Positions 8,734 to 23,357 are shown, counted from the first letter of the stretch. The stretch: DNA of 64,000 nt from Veleropilina oligotropha (GCA_048128005.1 JBEUKZ010000085.1:248001-312000), one strand, 5' to 3'. The notes: generated by a model from the sequence alone, not told the origin. A program made the numbers and translations.

Positions 8734-11700
8734 TGTCCTGTAGCCTTCGCCGGGCTGCTATTTTGCCATTCTAAAAAGTCCAATCACCCCCCCTGCTACT
8801 GCTCGCATAACTGAGGAGCCCGGGCCGGCGAGGGTTGTGGGCCGTCCCTGGGGGCTCTATGTCGCTGTACACACGGTAACTTTTTGTAATACAAGCTTAT
8901 ACCCTGAGTTCTGAAAGGGGGCTGGGAGCCTCCACAGCGGGCCCCGGGGGCCTAGTCTAAACTCCCCTACTGACTAGTCCGAGCTACACTGAGTTCTGAA
9001 ATAGTGGTGGGAGCTTTATTTTCCCATTCTAAAAAGTCTACTGACCCCCCCTGCTGCTGCTGTGAATGACGTGGATGTTTTGTTTAGAGCAGAGAAGCAC
9101 ACAGACTGATGTTAATATTTTAATTAATAGAATGCTACTGGACTTGGAATTTGTTGACCGACATTTATGTCCTTGTGATATTTCACATATATACTAGCTA
9201 TAGTATATAATAAATTAATGATAATGGATGTAAATTCGCCAAATTTATTTGGCTAAACAATTTTAACATTTGGCTAAAGACATTGTATGCAAATTCGCCA
9301 AATAGCTAAGTACATTAACAATGCAGCTTAAACCCTGATAATGCGCCTATTCTAGTGTAGATCTAAGCGCATTACAAACTATAACTAATATTACAGTACA
9401 ATGTACATAAGAATATACACGTGAAACATCAATGATACATACCATGAATGCAATAAACAAGAATAATAAACAGAAGATTTTTTTGTTGAGTATTTTCAAT
9501 TTTATTTTTTTTACAAGCACAATCAGACAAAGCGTTGAATCAGCCATCAGCGTGAACATCAACCAACTTTGAATGATACATAATATTATGATGAATTATA
9601 TAAGAAATAACATAAATTGCAATAGAATATTAATCATTTATAGGTGGGCACCAGGTATTTTTACTCGCCTGTAAGCCAATGTGTGCCCTGCTGACATTCT
9701 CATGTCACATTGTAACGATTGTTTTTATTAGTATCAAGTGATGTATTGGCAAAATAGTATCCGCCTGTCTAACATAAATACCCCTCCTATTGCATTTCTT
9801 ATAGAAACCCTTCATTAATGTACATAGGACATCATTATTGTTCAAACTATTAACACAGCTGTCAACATATGTTACCTGACAGGATTGTATACTAGTATTC
9901 ATTTCTTTATTAATAAAAGCTGCATTAATTTATCTGTATTTAGCAGATGACACTGGGCGACAGACATTGACAGCCAACTCCCTCCCGACCTCCCATCAAT
10001 TTCAAATCATTAAATCGTATATATATACTACGTTTTAGCAAAAACAAATCTTGCATATATAATACTTACAATACTACGCTATGAACATTTAGTGTTCGTT
10101 CATTTTTAGTGGATTCCTATTATATTATTTATAATAAATTTGGCTACTCGCTAATGACAACCAAACAACTCAGAAATTGTATTTCTACGACAAGGAAATA
10201 GTTCGCCAAAAAGTGTATAAATTAACAATAAATACGCCATTGTTATTGATTAATAATGTGTTTCCGTTTTAACTGTGTCTTAAGAAATATATTTAACTTA
10301 ATAACATATTTATCGTTATGAAGTAGTAAATGCATTAACATGCGTACTATTTTCAAGGGCGATAACTACAAATTTCACAAATTATTTTGAACTTGCTCCC
10401 GTTCAATTTCACCAAACAACTGAGGCCTGTTCAACTAAAAAACTCACACAAGCGCATTCTAGTCAACATAATTATGTTAACTGACAGGATTGCATATTCA
10501 TATTATTCAATTTTTTATTAATGAATTGATAAAAGTTGAATTAATTTATCTGTATTTAGCAGATGACACTATGCGACTGACATTGACAACAAACCCCATA
10601 CCGGTACCGTTTTATTATTATATATCTCAAGTAGTACAAACTAATTTAACTTTTATCAATTCATTAATAAAAAAGTGAATAATAATTCCTGGTGTATCTT
10701 ATGAAGAAAATTGGAAATAAAGGTAAAGATATGTACCGTTATGCACTCATTTACAGTTGTTATTGTTATCAATATATTACGTTGTAACTTGTAAGTTAAT
10801 AACTTCTTGACTTTTTATTTATTTGACAAACATATTAAAAATACAGTTGAGCAGAAAACCAAAATACAAAAATTGTATAGATAATATGATATTGCGCTTG
10901 AATGTAAGTATAATTTAATTGTTTAGCTGTTTATTTTATCTGGACAGTAAAGCTGTATCCGTATATATCATAATCTAATCGATTCGCATCATTCATCATG
11001 ATTTTGAATAAGGGACTGGTCATTTATTCTAGGAGAGATGGGTCGCGGAAATTGGTCAATTGACTCGGTCAAAAAATTATGTCCACTCCTAAAGACTTCC
11101 ATTTTCATGGGCGACTTACCCCTGAACTGTGTGTATTTTTTCAATGATCCCCATGGGTGGATCTAGGATTTTGAAAGGGAGAGGGGGATAAAACATTTAC
11201 AATGTACCATCAACTGTTCACATAGCCCCACTTCCCTCTCCATCATTCTGAGAATGCAAACGCAGTAATTTTCATCGTATCACGAGAGGGAAATGTACGT
11301 ATGTGAAAGGTCAGATGATTCAAGAGTAGCTTCATTTGTAAAGCTAGGAACCAAAAAGATCGAAGACTCGAAAAAGGCAGCGATACTGAACTTGATGTCT
11401 TCACGACCCCCCCGGCTTTCTTTCGCCCCGTCATCCGCTTAATACGCCATGTTTCTAGGAGGGATATTAAAATTGAATGCAAATGCACACAGAAGCTGAT
11501 CTCCAACCTGAAGAATGCTTGCAATGCACTGTCTCCATTCTGTTATGACCATTGCCTTTGCCGACTTAGAAGCTAAGACTTTATTCCAGAATGAATATTT
11601 ATAATCGATGGTCTGAGAAAATCATTGGCACACATCTAACACTCGCTCACCTCTTCTCATATGCACCATTACCTCGCCCCCAGTGATAAAAACAATGGCA

Positions 11701-12799
11701 GATTTACGTCATCTTTTCCACCACACGTTGATTAGTGCCTTCCCCTTCAACGCGATTGATGGATCTAGTTCTACTGCGAGTATACTTTGATAAACTACAG
11801 GTGAGGAAAAGGACGTTATATGAAACTCTATCGACGACCGACAGCCAAAAAGTTCTCTGGCATTCCAGATACATTCTTCTCTATAGTGCAAAGTGTGACC
11901 AATGTGCAAAATTAATGCTGTATATACCACAGTGGTTATCTCATCACACACTGATGAGAGCAAATGAAACCATCCTGATGAATGCTCTTTTTGCCAATTA
12001 CTGGACCATAGGATCACCTCCTGTGGAGGAGGCTTTGAAGGTCCTTCAATGGAAAATTCTGGAAACGGCACACTCAGCAGTGTTAATGATTTAGTATCAT
12101 TCCCTAAAGTCTAGCCCATCCCCCAAAAGATTGTTATCAAAACAAAGAGGCAAACATCTCAATCTGCAGCTATTTTACGTCACATTACACCGGTGCAGTT
12201 GCCCCTTCCAAACACTACCGACTCAGTGTTGCTGGTGTGGATTTTTGCATCACATTTCTCTCATCAAATATTAACTTACCACCTGCCAGATGACCTCGAA
12301 GACAACCAATTTTCAAGTCACAGTTTAATGCTTTGAGCTCCTCTCCTCCAAATCGGCCAATGATATTTGGCCAAAATCTTGCTTTTCCCCAACAATACTG
12401 ACAAGACATAAGGTTTCCCTAACACAACCAGCCAGATGCTGGTTGTGTTTGGTTATTTTGCATCACAGTTAATTCATGATACCCGTGTGAAACAGACTCC
12501 GCTAACCAGTGATACATCCACCCAGTATTGATGCGTTCAAGTCAGGCCTCAATGCATGGTGTCGGCCCGTCCATCCAAAACATCTTATCGTCCAATTATG
12601 TACATCCAGTTTCTTATCTTTTCAATGCTACTAACTGTGAGCATGCACATTTTCATATAAGCTATTATCCTGGAGAACTTTCAACCATTACGCTGAACCA
12701 GACCCACTTAGTAACGATTTGTTTGGACTTTTTACATAAGTTTTAAAGAAATGAATGACGTCTCACAGATTGATGAATATTGACAAGGATCCAGATTGG

Positions 12800-13035
12800 A
12801 TCGATGCTTAATGTCCTGTATATTTACAGCCATCAGGTTCATAGCAGGACATGTCCATATTATCTCGGGAGTCAAGCCCGGTCACCCGGAGAAACCTGCC
12901 CTCTCCGACCAGTTCATAACTGAACAAATAATGAAAATGTCCCAACCGAGATTCGAACCTACCACCGTTCGTGTCAGCGAAATCAAGCCAGTGATTTCTG
13001 AGTCTGCAACCGAAACCACATGACTGTCGAAGCAG
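12800..13035 (-). mobile_element. tRNA-derived SINE, diverged copy
   Basis: Similar to the TSD-flanked SINE copies (GATGCTTAATGTCCTGTATATTTACA...TTCGAACC). Confidence 0.75.
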
Positions 13036-13203
13036 CTGATAAGAATCTTGCCCAATCTTTGATAGCCATCATCATGACAAATGGGCCTCTCAGCTTCAGT
13101 AATTTGAAGGTAAAAATAGACAGCTGCAGAGCTGTTGGGAACCCCAGCCTTATATAGCAATCGGAATGCCATATAAAATCTGTGATCTTGACTTTGCCAG
13201 TAA

Positions 13204-14408
13204 TGCCCCAGTCACACTGGAGAATATCCATGGCGAACTAGTACAGATGTCAATCCGCAGTGGTTCGCCAGTCGATTCACCACTGTCGTATTGCTCCGTG
13301 CTGGAGCGTGTTAGTTCGCCATAAAAATCGCCACCGTTCGCCAGGTGATACGGATGTTTTCAAATGTTCAAAACATCCATACTGCCAACACGGATGGAGG
13401 TCAGTCGCCGGCATCCGTATCGAATTCGTTGTGGTTCGTTGCAGTTCTAATCGGTTCTTTGCGCTTCGTATTGCTTCGCCGTCTATCGGGTTGGTTCGCG
13501 ATGAAATCTTCCGGCGATTACAAAATAATGCAGAAAGAACTGACTAGAAGTGAGATACGATGCAGCAACGAACCATAATGGATTGCAACGATTAAGATAG
13601 ATGAGATACTTCTGACGGCGATTTACAACGAATGTACATGCGAACCAGAATGATACCAATACGATGTAGGATGAATAAGGTAGATTCACAACGAATCATC
13701 CAGCGATTGGCCTATTATATATGGCTCTCGCCCTTACCATTTCAGTGTTGCTATGGCGGACAACGCCATCAGCATTATGTTCTTAACTCCTCTGCAGAGA
13801 GCACGGCTCGGGCATGATCTTCTGAATGTCCATGCACAACAATAATATGTTAACCTCCACCTCGCACGCCAGTTACAGCGCCGACGTCGACAACCACTTC
13901 CGAGCTGTGTTTATCGGTACCCTTGCCCTTCGGAGGCATGGTGATGAGTTGAGAGGTCTCAGTGAGATGATATAAGCGATGAAACACGGACGAGCGCGAC
14001 TATATATATATATTTAAAACCACCAGCGCAACCGTACTGGTCCGTTACAGTTCGTACCGGCTCGAGTCACGCTCTACTTGTCGTATTTGTTCTTGTCAGT
14101 TCGTACTAGTTCTCAGTTTTAGTCGCATTGGATTGTATTGGTCCGTACAACATTTCGTATTGCTCTGTATCAATTCGTTGTCATTTGTATTAGTTCTAGT
14201 TAATTCTACTTAGTTAGAGTCACGGGAAAATTGGTTCTCCGCCATTCGCCACTGTGAAAGGTACTCGTTCTATTCAATTCGTTGTTCAAGAAATTACCCC
14301 CCACCCGAGCCTTTTTATTCTCCATGATTCGCCGTAGAATCCGTATTGCATAAATCGCCGGGATTCTCACTCATTCGTCAGTGGATCCGCCACAGTGTGA
14401 CTGGGGCA
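13204..14408. mobile_element. Non-autonomous PIF/Harbinger element
   Basis: TIR TGCCCCAGTCACACTG / CAGTGTGACTGGGGCA with TAA on both sides. The same host repeat occurs without the insert at about 20165-20400 (...TTTGACAG TAA CAGTGG...), confirming a 3-bp TSD. Confidence 0.9.
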
Positions 14409-14459
14409 TAACAGTGGTTAAATAATGTGCTAGCTGTCCATCATGTAGAAGTTTGGATG

Positions 14460-15791
14460 AAAAAATAATAACAAATTCAGAAATAAAAAAAATGTCTAAA
14501 TATGGAAAATGTTGTCAAAATCAATGGTCGTACATGGAAACATTATGTCACAGCGTGCTAGGGAAAGCTCGAGGGTTAGAATATTAAATTTCAATAAGGT
14601 GGCAAGTATAGTAGCCGAGATATTGTTCGGACAAAACTTGCATCCTGTATTTTGTGTCAAAGGTCACAACGGAAAGATCAAAGGTCGCACACGGAAAATT
14701 ATATCGCCACGCGCTAGGGTTACTCAAGGTAAGTTAACATACCAAGTTTTGTCAATCTGGCATACATACAAGCCGAGATATGTTCCGGTCAAAAGCTTTA
14801 TTCTATATATGGGGAAGGTCACAACGACAAGGTCAAAGGTCGCTCACAGAAAATTATGTCACCACGCGAAAGGGTAAGTCAAGGTAAGTTAATATACAAA
14901 AGTAAATCAAAGAGGAATATATAGTAGCTGAAATATGGACCGGACAAAACTTACATTTTGGATTTTGTGTCAAATGTCACAACAGCAAGGTCAAAGGTCG
15001 CACACAGAAAATTATATCGCCACGAGCTAGGGTAGGTCATGTTAAGTTAGCATACCAAGTTTCATCAAGCTGACATGTATACAAGCTGAGATATGTTCCG
15101 GACAAAAGCTTTATTCCATATATTTGGGGAAAGTCACAACGGTAAGGTCAAAAGGTCACGGAAAATTATGTCGCCACACGCAAGGATGGATCAAGGTAGG
15201 TTAATATACAAGTGTTAATCAAGGTGGCATATATAGTAGCCGAGATATGGACCAGACAAAACTTGCATCCTGGATTTTGTGTCAAAGGTCACAACGGCAA
15301 GGTCAAAGGTCGCACATGGAAAATTGTATCGCCACGCGCTAGGGTAGGTCATGGTAAGTTAGCATACCAAGTTTCATCAAGCTGACATGCACACAAGCCG
15401 AGATATGTTCCAGACAAAAGCTTTATTCTATATTTGAGGAAGGTCACAACGGCAAAGTCAAAGGTCGCTCACGGAAAATTATGTCGCCAAGAGCAAGGAT
15501 GCATCATGGCAAGTTAATATACAAAAGTAACTCAAGGTGGCATATATAGTAACCGAGATATGGACCGGACAAAACTTGCATCCTGGATTTTGTGTCAATG
15601 GTCACAACGCAAAGGTCGCACACGGAAAATTATATCGCCATGCGCTAGGGTAGGTCATGGTAAGTTAGCATATTAAGTTTCATCAAGCTGACATGCACAT
15701 AAGCTGAGATATGATCCGGACAAATCCTCCGTCCGCCCGCGCGCCTCGGGCGATGACAATAACTCTAGCCTTTTTTGGCTGGAGTTAAAAA
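14460..15791. mobile_element. Non-autonomous Helentron/Helitron2-like (HINE-type) element with an internal about 150/300-bp tandem array
   Basis: Repeated AAGGTCACAACGGCAAGGTCAAAGGTCGC cores, a CCGTCCGCCC microsatellite, and a terminal hairpin (ACTCTAGCC..GGCTGGAGT) followed by AAAAA. Boundaries approximate. Confidence 0.6.
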
Positions 15792-17543
15792 TGAATGTCA
15801 AATATTATACTGTATCCGTATATCACATCATGTTTCAAATATTTGGGTTGAATTTATGCTTTATCCCATTAACGCAATATCCATATTATCATGGGATGTT
15901 TCGATTGATGCTTAATATTCCGTTTTTAACAAATTCCAGGTTCATACTTGGACATGTCCATAATTAATGAGGGAGGAAAGATATTCTCTCCAGAAAACAT
16001 CACTTGTCAGTAATGGCTCACTGAACAAAGTGTGCAGTTGAGGATTTGAACACAATCCTGTTAATTAGCCAAAGAAGTCTAGATAGAGAATTGAGAGCCC
16101 AAGCTCTTATTCACTCGACTACCGGTGCGCCCTACATCAGGAACCCCGGTGAAACATCTAGGGACACATGTGGATTATTATGATATCCCAATAATGTCTT
16201 TAGTTAAGTTTGGCGCACATGTAAACTATCAGCTCAGCCAAATTTCATTCGTGACCATTTGCTTATTATGCATTATTACGTATTCGGTCAGTTTTATGCA
16301 AGATTTGTGCAATTCGTCGACAAAAGTCAAATACTCAAAATTTGCATTTCATGTGATGAAGAAATTAAGGTACGCATGCGGTCTAATCATAAGTCCTAAG
16401 AAATTAGCTTTCGTTCAGTGCACACGTTAAGATTTCTTTCACTCGTGGCAGAAATTATCAAACATGTTGCATATTTGACTTTTGTCCATGAATGACACAT
16501 ATCTTGCTTGACCGCACATGAAGATACCTGTATATGCTTAAGCAAATGATCACAAATTAAATTTGGCTGAGCAGAGAGCTTATATGTGCACCAGGCTTAA
16601 GCCTTAAATACACATTCCGATCCCAGTACAATCATACCCTCTCTGCCACAATGCTTCCAGGGTATCAATTTTTCTACAATTGTGTTTGAATGGTATTAAC
16701 ACCGCCATTTACACTTCTTGCCTTACTAGTGAAGTGGATAACAGCTGGGCTCCAATCCACTCATTTGACTGATATGATTAACAGTGCATATCTTTGGCTT
16801 GGCACTCGATTCAATAATCGATCACGGTTGTCCATACCTGGCCGGTTTCCTCAGGAATAACAAGGCTAATGCGATAATATGTACATGTACTGATATGACC
16901 AAGAAGCGTATTACGATAGGACATTAAGATCCAACCCAAAATCATGCTTTACTGTGTTATTTATGTTCTTTGCAATTATTTGTACAAAATTGAAAAGCAA
17001 TAAAATAGGTAAAAATATGTATTGATCAAACGTAACTTAACTCTGTACAGGTGGAATTGTATAAAAACATCACAAATGAATAATAAATTTTTTCAAAACA
17101 ATATATATGTGCAGTCACATCACAACATTCCAATATTAATGAAACTTATCTTATATTTATATAAACTAGCCAGTGCCCGTGGGGTAAATCTCTCGACGCC
17201 CAAATCAGTGAGGTGTTAACTTTTCGACCCCTAAATCAATATGGGCACTTCCTGACACCTGGGGAGTGTACATGTGAAGTACCCACTGTACTATTATAAT
17301 ATTTTTGGTCTGTCAGATTAAATATTTGTGAGGTAATTATATTTGTGGTATGTTGAAAGTCAAACAAATTAAATATTTGGGAATGTGAGTTAATTTGTGG
17401 CATGTTGAAAGTCAAATGAATTTAGTTGATTTTGGAAGAAAAAGACTGGGGGAAATGAATTTGTTTGTGCTAGTTGAGGCTTTTACACTGACCGATTTCT
17501 ACAAATATATTCGAACGTTATATAACTATATCCCACACATGTG

Positions 17544-20500
17544 CAGGTGTCATATGATATTTTGACCCCATGGTATAACGACCCGCGGGTCACTTTCCAT
17601 TAAGGTAATATGACCTGTGGGTCATTTCATCGCTATGGTAAAATGACCCCCCCTATGGTAAAGTGACCCATGTTAAAATTCTACCATGGTAAAATGACCC
17701 ACCTAACTTTCGTTTTCGGATATTGACACAGTTGAGTAACACACCTTACAAAGTAATTTCAATGAATTGTACCGTATTCATATATCAAAATTATATATAA
17801 TTTCACATCTAATTTGCAAATATAATGATTATTTCAACCTCATGTTTAATTGAAGATGAGGTTTGCGCTAAAACTGTATTATAGGTAACAGAAATGTTTA
17901 ATAGAATACTTGAATTTTGAAAGTACTGTATGCCACAACTTTTAAAAAAATGAAGTAAAATTATAATAACATTTATTATTTTCAGCATATTTAATTTAGT
18001 ATTAATTGAAACATAAAAATGAATTATTTCTTGTACATATATGATACTATAAAGTAAATTTTAACAATAACAATGATGAATGGAACTGCAGGTGAACAAG
18101 GGGGATTAAGGATCAAATAGTTTTGAAGATAGTGAATGACTTCCACTGTGTGATCACATAATAAGGCATGCATATAATATGAATGTGGACACAATAACAA
18201 CTAAATACATAATTGTCAAATTAATTGCTTGTGAATGTGCAAATCAGGATAAACTTACATTGACCTATTAAAGCTACAAGGTTGAAGATAGTCAATGACT
18301 TCAATCTTAGAGTATATATATATATATATAATGTATTATGCCATAATCATATAATCAAAGTTATTTAATTTCACATCTAATTTGCAAATACAATTGTTTC
18401 AACCTCATGTTTCATTGAAGATGAGGTTAGCACTAAAACTGTGCTATAGATAACAGAAATTTTTAATAGAATACTTGAATTTTGAAAGTATGCCACAACT
18501 TTATAAAACGATTGCCACTAATTGGCAAATGTCCCCCGCCCATAATATTTTTGCCCACTGTATATTCAGTAACTCAATGAGAATTAATTAATTCAGCAAG
18601 ATTTCCTGCCACCAGAGATAGATATGCATTAAAGTAAATTAAATAATTCTCATTATTCGAACTTTATCCATCCCATTATCACATTGAGGTTAGTTGGTCT
18701 GTGAAGTTTCAGAAAGCTATAATAGCATTTCTCTAAATGGAAAATTTAGTTGTGAGAAAATTGATAAATTTCATACATCCAGAGACTATGTTTTAAATCA
18801 GCAAAATTCAGCAATAAATCAAGGTTTCAAAAAATCCCCAATATTTGAACTCGATCTATGCCATGATGGGGTTAGTTGATCTGTAAAGTTTCAGAAAGCT
18901 AGCATCTCTGTAAATGAAATAAGTGCATGTGAGAAAATTGACCACATCCATGATTGCAGAGACTATGTACAAAATCGCCAAAAAGCCAGCCCTCTTGGAC
19001 CGGTTATGGACAACTGTGATTCATAATTTGAACAAATAATGTCATGCCCCAGCCGGGGTTGGAACCCACAGTGGCACTACTGTTCGCGTTAGTGGAATCA
19101 AGCCAGTGATTTTCCGAGTCCACACCGATACCACACAGCTGTCGAAGCGGCCCCCATATTTGAACTTGGATCTACTCCATGACAGCTTTGTACAGCCAGC
19201 ATTTATCTAATTTGAAAAAGTTGACAACATCCATGCTTCCAGAGACTATATTCAATATTATATTCAAACCTCAAGTTTTCAAAATAAATTCCAAATATTC
19301 GAACTTGATCTACACAATGATGTGATTAATTGATTGGTAAATTTCAAGTTTCAGAAAGCTATAAATTCTCAATATGAAAAAAATTGAGAGAAAATAGATT
19401 ACATCCATGCTAATCCAGAGACTATGTTCAAAAGTGCTGAAAAGTCACCAAAAACATGTTTTTTTAAATAATTTCACAATATTCGAACTTGATATACTCA
19501 ATGTGGTTAGTAAATCTGGTAAAGTTTCAGAAACCTGGTATTTCTTTAAAAGGAAAAAAACAATGTGAGAAATTGACCATATCCATTCTTCATGAGGCTA
19601 TGTTCAAATTCGGCGAAAAGTTGCCAAAAATCAAAAGTTTGCAAAATATTTTCCCAATACTCGAACTTGATCTACCCAATGATGTGGTTAGTTCATCTGT
19701 AAAGTTTCGGATAGCTCGAATTTCTCTAAATGAAAAAAAGATGTGAGAAATATACCACATCCATGCTTCCAGAGGCTGTGTTCAAATTCGCCAAAAAACC
19801 CAAAATTTCCAAATATATTCCCAATATTCGAACTTGTTCAACCCAATGATGTGGTTAGTTCATCTGTAAAGTTTCGAAAAGCTCGCATTTCTCTAAATGA
19901 AAAAAAGATGTAAGAAATATACCACATCCATGCTTCCAGAGACTTATTATAATGGTCAAAATTGCTGAAAAGTCGCCAAAAAAACAGAAGTTTTCAAAAT
20001 AAATTTCCAATATTTGAACTTGATCTATCCAATGATGTGGTTAATCGATCTGTAAAGTTTCGGAAAGCTCGCATTTCTCTAAATGGCAAAAAAAGATGTG
20101 AGAAAATCTGGAACGGACGGAAGGACGAACGTGGATTCTATCGGGCGGACGGGGACAAAAATAGACAGCCACAAAGCTGTCGGGAACCCCAGCATCATAG
20201 CAATTGGCCTGCCATATAAAATCTGTGATCTTGACTTTGACAGTAACAGTGGCTAAATACTGTGCTAGCTGTTCATCATGTAAAAGATTGGATGAAAAAA
20301 TGATTAAAAATTCTGAAATAAAAAAGTCTAAATATGGAAAAGTTTGTCAAAATCAAATGTCGTACACGAAAAATTATGTCGCAGCATGCTAGGGTAGCTC
20401 AAGGAGGGTTAGAATATTAAATTTCAATAAGGTGGTATATATATTAACCAAGATATTGTTCGGACAAAACTTGCATCAGATTTTGTGTCAAAACTCACAA

Positions 20501-21310
20501 CGGCAAGGTCAAAGGTCGCACACAGTAGGTCATGGTAAGTTAGCATACCAAGTTTCATCAAGCTGACATACGTACAAGCCGAGATATGATTCGGACAATT
20601 CCTCAAGATTACATTTTAAGTAAAATTGCAGTGATTAATGACATTCATTATTATGTAATGTATTGTACCGTTACTGATTGTCGTATATTTAGGATATTTG
20701 TTTTTTATAAGAAAAAATAACATTGAAAATACATACATGTTCTGTGTTATTTTGCAGTTAAACCACATAATCCATTTAGAGTGCTAACAACAAGCATCAA
20801 TATCTTGCTCACGTTTTTATAGTTAGAATACCTATCCAGCATTTCATGAAGATATCTCAAACATGTTGATTGAATTTTTATATCCGTTACTTGCTGAGCC
20901 TGTCACAATGAACGTCCTTCCATACGTCTGTAATCATTTACATATATGAAGCTCAATGCCAATTGTTGAACAAATTATAAAGATATTTGTACAGATTTGG
21001 AAATTGCAGGGTTTAAATGCAACACTTCACTTAATTAGCAAGATACCTGATCTAGTGGATGGCCCAATACTAAGGAGCAGAGTGCCCATAATTATTAATA
21101 ATAATAATATTAACCCCCAATGACAGGGTCATAATACCACAGTGGCAAAATAACCTGTGTTAGATTACAATAGCGATAAAATGACCCGGGTCATTTTATA
21201 ATGGAGGTTGATGTTCATTACCTTGGGGGTCAATATACCATACCGGTAACCCGGGTCATTTTATCGCTATGGCAAAGTGACCTGCGGGTCATTATACCAT
21301 CTGACATCGG
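17544..21310. mobile_element. Non-autonomous MULE-like DNA transposon with repeat-rich TIRs, carrying nested HINE/SINE insertions
   Basis: Left end CAGGTGTCATATG..ATGGTA(T/A)AATGACCC repeats. Right end GGGTCATTATACCATCTGACATCGG. Flanks CACATGTG / CACTCGTG may be a decayed TSD. Confidence 0.5.
18500..20160. mobile_element. HINE-type element with about 170-bp tandem units and an embedded SINE fragment; same family inverted at about 59750-62630
   Basis: Repeated GTAAAGTTTC(A/G)GAAAGCT..TTTCTCTAAATG units and a GGACGG microsatellite end. Reverse-complement matches include ATTGCCACTAA..GTCCCCCGCCC vs 62603-62634. Confidence 0.6.
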
Positions 21311-22620
21311 CACTCGTGTTGGTTTCCAGTGCAAACGCACGTTGAAATCGACTCGTCGTTTCAATGACGAATTAATATCGTACCGTACATTCCCGGCATC
21401 AAAAATATGTAGGCTTTTAAAAAAATGTTTTTTAATTTAATAAAGAAAAACACAATAGAGTCATCGCTCCAATGACGAATGTCTCTAGTACCGTACTTGT
21501 CCCGGCATCAAATAATAAATTATCTTTATTGAAGCATATTGTGTTTAATGTATTACTTGCCTTTATATCTCTGTATTTTGGTTTGGGCCGAGTTCAATGG
21601 AAGTAAACGTTAGATAACATTAGCTAACTATTCAAGTTGAACAAATTTCTGAACAAAACTTGAGCGAAATAGAACGGTCAGCTGACACTGTGTGTTTGCC
21701 AGGAAATACAAACGATTGAAATACATGCAAAGACGTCGAATAGTCTTATTAATACTTAGCTAAAAGTTAATCTATCATAATAATGCTATTAAAAGTCTAT
21801 ATATTTATCCTATTTTTGTGCTCTCTGCTGATTTGCATTGTAAATAACTTTGATCGAACATCAGGGAGGGGTGGAGTAAATTATTTTGTGACGGTTATGT
21901 GCAGTAAAATTCATCCTATACCTAATGCAGGTAATTTTAATAGTTAAATGGGTTTATATCTACAACACGTATATGTTCAATAATAACAGCAGTATCAATT
22001 GTTGTTCATTATCCCAAGAAGCGTTAGGTAACGTTCGCTACTATTGAACTTGCCCTTAGATTCAAAGTTTTCGGAAAGAATGCTAAAATATAACCTTGAC
22101 CTATATCCGTTGACATTGCCCTTTTGTTATGCACTCCCCGGGGTCGCCCGTCATACACCCACCAACTTTGAAGGCAATCGGGTCGACGGTTCTCGAGATA
22201 TTTGAAGGAAAAACATACAAACAAATAAACACACAGAGATTTGTGGAATTAATAGAAGGATGAATGAAATAATTGACTTGGAATTACTCAAAATAACATA
22301 TTTATTTAATTTAATAAATATAATAAATTTTCTCAAAATAGATATGGAAACAAGTCACAAAATTCTTAAATTGATAAGTACTACTGATTTGCTATATGTT
22401 TTATGATAAATAAGGATAACATTGTACTTTTTGGGCAGCATAATCTATATAGGATACTATTTTTACACACAGTCACTTTAACTACCGAGATTCTACAGAT
22501 AATCCATAGAAAAAGTTGTTTGCTATTAATATAACAACATAACACATTTAAATTCATGCTATGCACTGAGAACAAATATAAATTACAACATGTAAGAGAT
22601 TATGTACAAGCTTACATTAA

Positions 22621-23357
22621 ATAGACTATTGCCGTAAATGCGCTCTTTTTTCATTGAAAAGAAAACTAACTGGATTACAATTTTTGTCTATAGCATAAAA
22701 ATTTAGAAATTGTCAAAACGCACGTTTCGAAAAGATTGATACAAATTTTGCGAATATATCAAGATATGATCAAATGATAGATTTTTATTGAAATTATAAT
22801 TGTAACTGGGGGGGGGGGGTATTATGCTTAATGTCCTGTATGTTTATAACATCGAGGTTCAAGGCAGGACATGTCCGTGTTATCGCGGGAGGAAACGCCG
22901 GTCGCCGGGTAAACCCGCCCTCTTCGGCCAGTCACGGACAACTGTGCTTCATAACTTGAACAAATGTGTGCTGCCTCAGCCGGGGGTCGATCCCACTACT
23001 GTTCGCGTCAGCGGAAACAAGCCAGTGAATTTAGAGTGGACACTCTACCCACTGCGCTACCGAAGCGGCCTAATTGTAACTGGGCAATATGTATTATTGT
23101 CAAACAATAGCTATCTTACGTGTGGAGCAGAAACCTACGCAACATTGCTCCAACTCGGTGAAAGGTAATTAAAAGCGGACAGCGTTTAATAATTATTTTT
23201 AAATCATCATTATCGATTTTAATATTTAAATGGTAGCAAATTACTACCAAAAGTTAATTGTTGAAAATTCTTATCTTTTTATGCTATAAACAAAAAGTGT
23301 AATGCGGTTAGTTTTCTTTTCAAAGAAAAAAGAGCACATTTACGGGGAATAGTCTAT
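22621..23357. mobile_element. TTAA-flanked MITE (Kolobok-like), with a SINE inserted; related copy at about 57175-57900
   Basis: TTAA|ATAGACTATTGCCGTAAATGCGCTCTTTTTTC ... GAAAAAAGAGCACATTTACGGGGAATAGTCTAT|TTAA, long TIRs. Confidence 0.75.
22811..23070 (-). mobile_element. tRNA-derived SINE, young copy
   Basis: TSD TAATTGTAACTGGG on both sides. On the minus strand, A box GGTAGCGCAGTGG and B box GGATCGACCCC. Nearly identical to the 46218 copy. Confidence 0.9.

Larger units (their letters stand above)
1..9061 (+). mobile_element. Right-hand end of a Maverick/Polinton (adintovirus-like) element, interrupted by a DIRS insertion; left end outside window
   Basis: GC-rich segment with compact intronless ORFs ends abruptly at ...CCCCCCCTGCTGCTGCT (9061). 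Its reverse complement starts AGCAGCAGCAG, matching the 5'-AG short-tandem-repeat termini of Polintons. AT-rich host DNA follows. The first ORF carries a motif typical of Polinton/adintovirus accessory proteins. Core genes (pPolB, integrase, capsid) and the matching TIR/TSD are not in the window. Confidence 0.6.
17166..22260 (-). mobile_element. Non-autonomous Helitron interrupted by nested insertions
   Basis: On the minus strand it starts TC (22260) followed by a (GTTT)n-like tract and ends CTAG (17166) with a nearby GC-rich hairpin-like sequence. It sits between A and T. Pairing the two ends as one element is inferred. Confidence 0.5.

Noticed and set aside
9858..10595. About 120-bp local duplication (9858-9978 vs 10462-10595) with an AG-ATG junction
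   Set aside because: No sustained reading frame or partner donor; treated as an ordinary diverged repeat.
11240..12700. Possible decayed LINE or other coding relic
   Set aside because: Slightly higher GC and a LINE-like 3' phrase near 12500-12550, but no continuous frame or RT motif I can support.
22824..23168. Recurrent 85-114-aa ORF MLNVLYVYNIEVQGRTCPC (also 46207-46464)
   Set aside because: Antisense translation of SINE copies; not preserved in older copies.
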